From assembly GCA_016748015.1 (NCBI GenBank), contig JAAOMT010000435.1, forward strand, positions 62,001 through 126,000: a DNA stretch of 64,000 nt, in the 5' to 3' direction. Origin of the DNA: Geosiphon pyriformis uo1 (Eukaryota > Fungi > Glomeromycota). A model generated the notes under the pieces. The model did not search any database, had not been told where the DNA came from, and saw only the letters and a program-made list of their open reading frames with translations. This document shows, one piece after another, positions 61,601-64,000 of this stretch (positions are counted from its first letter, which is position 1; each line of letters begins with the position of its first letter). The translations under genes were made by a program, and so were the position numbers.

Positions 61601-64000
61601 GCTTTATCAATTTCAAAAAAAGTCAAAAGAGGAACACCTTTTAATGCAGCATACAACAATGCTCTCAACAAACTTTATTACTACCCCCATGATGCTGAGA
61701 TGATTTTTGATCTAGCAATGGCATTAATTAATAAAGCTACCAAAGAAGATGTTTGTCAAATAAAAAAAGCAGAATACATTGAATACACCATAAAATTAGC
61801 TGAATTCAATTATGAAGATGAAGTAAAAGTGTACCATCAAATCGCAAGTCACACCTATTCAACTAAAGAAGCTTAAGCTCAACAGCTAGAACAAATGAAC
61901 ATTAAATTATGTAAGGAATGCATAATGTCTTGTGATGAACAATGGTGTTCTGAATGCTATGCTCTTAGCATTCCTTTGCCCAGTGAAAGTAATAAATACG
62001 AAATTGAATTTGAAAAACTTGAAGCAACAGAAGAAATTGAAACAACACCCATCTATCTCATCAAAAATCAGTCTGTCTTACAATTCAAATACTTCAACAA
62101 CAATAGACAAGGAATAAAATCTGAAAAAGCACATGAAATTGATGCTAGATATGATCTAAGATATCCAGACCAGGATACTCTTGTTCTTAAACTCAAATCT
62201 TTTACAAAAATCAACCTCAAAATTGCTTTCGAAATCCCGCCAGGAGCAATGATTCAAATTGCTTTTCAGTCCTCTCTGGCAAGCAAAGGAATCAATGTCA
62301 GAGGAGAAATAATCGATGCTGGATATACTGGTGACATAACAGTAATACTCCAAAACAAAACTGACAAGCCATTTAAAATTGAACATGCCAAGAAAATTGC
62401 CCAAGCCATTTATTTACCCTTAATCAACATTTCAGGTTTACAATTAGTCAATCAAAGAGAATTATTGGGAAAAAGTGAAAGAAGAACCCAAGATTTTGGT
62501 TCAACTGGATAATTTACAGTTTCAGTAAACATAGCCCTCAATGAACAGAAAGAATCTCACCAGATTTTATGACTTCTACAACCAATTACCATTTCACTCT
62601 TTGGAAAACACCCTGAAATTTACACTTGTGAAAAGCCAACAACCACACAACAAATTTTTGAGTCCAACAAACAAATTTGCTTAAAACATAATATCTCAAT
62701 CCCAAACATTTATATTCCAGAAAGAACAAAAAAAATCTGAGTTACTTTTTACAATTCCAACAATTTCCCCATAGTTTTATTAAATAACTTAGAAATTGGA
62801 GTTATTCACAGTAATATCTTTCAACAAAAACTACCCCAAATAGTTCCCAATTTCTTGGAAATCATTGGACATTCATTACCAAAAATCAACCCAAACCCCA
62901 GCTCTGAAAACTACCATGTTATTATGAAAAAACTATATCAAATCAATATGGGACAACTTGAACCACAACAACAGAGCCAGCTCAAAGAACTAATTGTAGA
63001 ATTTGCCAATATCTTTGCCAAAAACAACAATGACTTAGAAAAAACTGATTTGGTTCAACACCAAATCTATACAGGAGATGCCAAACCAAGACGACAGTAA
63101 GCCTACTGAGTTGCTCCAAAAAGTCACCAATTTATCCACAAAAAAGTACAATAGATGTTTAACAATGGGCTTATTCAACCATTAATAAGTCCATGGGCTT
63201 CACCTGTGGTCTTAGTTAAAAAGAAAAATGGAAAGATACAATTTTGTGTTGATTATTAACAACTTAACAGTGTTATCATTGGAGATGCCTACCCTTTTCT
63301 CTGAATTGATGACATGCTAAATGCTCTTGGGAAGTCCAAATACTTTTTGACATTAGATTTAGAGAGTGAATACTGACAAGTTGCCATGGATCCCAAAGAT
63401 TGCCCCAAAACAGCATTTACTACTCAAGGAGGAAATTACAAGTTCAATGTAATGCTTTTTGAATTATGCAATGCACCAGCAATATTTCAAAGACTCATGG
63501 ATGTTGTTTACAAAGACCTCCTTTGGAAATCAGTAGTTGTCTATCTCGATGATACTGATGTTTATTCACTATCTTTTGAATTACACTTAAAACACCTGCA
63601 TAAAGTTTTTCAATAATTACGGAAAGCAGGATTGAAACTAAACATCAAAAAATGCCACTTCAGAAAAACGAGTTTGGCCTTTCTTGGTTACATTGTTAGC
63701 AAAGATGGAATTAAACCAGATCCCAGAAAAATCAGCACTGTCAAAAACTTTAAGACTCCAAGAAATACCACAGAATTAAGAGGATTTATTGGATTAGTAT
63801 CCTATTACCAAAAATTTATTAAAGGATTCTCAGAAATTGCAAAACCCTTTAACCAGCTCACTACTAAAAATGTCGAATACAAATGGATGAAAAAACACCA
63901 AAAAGCTTTTGAAATTCTCAAGGAAAAGCTGACAACAGCTCCAATTCTCACCTACCCAGACTTCAGTAACCGATTTCGACTAGCTACAAATGCTTTTTAC
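57692..64000 (+). mobile_element. Ty3/gypsy LTR retrotransposon A3 (dUTPase-bearing, degenerate), runs off the window
   Basis: 5' LTR 57692-58678; PBS 58681-58698; single frame from 58724 through gag, PR, dUTPase and RT (YLDD). Confidence 0.92.

Overview
AT-rich, intron-rich fungal DNA; gene structure and transposon content suggest a Glomeromycotina (Geosiphon-like) genome (inference). Bases 1-19 kb hold seven host genes: a GPI-anchored Ser/Thr-rich protein, class-2 dihydroorotate dehydrogenase, an SDR with an AT-AC (U12-type) intron, DRG1/RBG1, PA2G4/Cdb4, QCR8 and cullin-3. From about 19.6 kb to the end is a nest of degenerate retroelements. A LINE-like ORF1 remnant is split by Ty3/gypsy element C (19827-56545, TSD GTAG). 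Element B (20310-40090, TSD ACAG) sits in C's 3' LTR, A1 (21962-31513, TSD GTGG) sits in B's integrase tail, A2 sits in C's gag, and A3 (57692 onward) sits in the LINE remnant. The main candidate for an undescribed system is the shared, apparently tricistronic layout of these elements. ORF1 is Gag-PR-Cys-rich-(dUTPase)-RT-RNaseH; it ends at the same codon in four elements and appears to start at GUG in families A and B. ORF2 is a stand-alone integrase with its own AUG. ORF3 is a conserved, non-Env protein of about 200-230 aa just before the PPT. In the one LTR pair scored base by base (A2), all 18 differences are C/T or G/A transitions, mostly outside CpG. All coordinates and alignments were worked out by eye.
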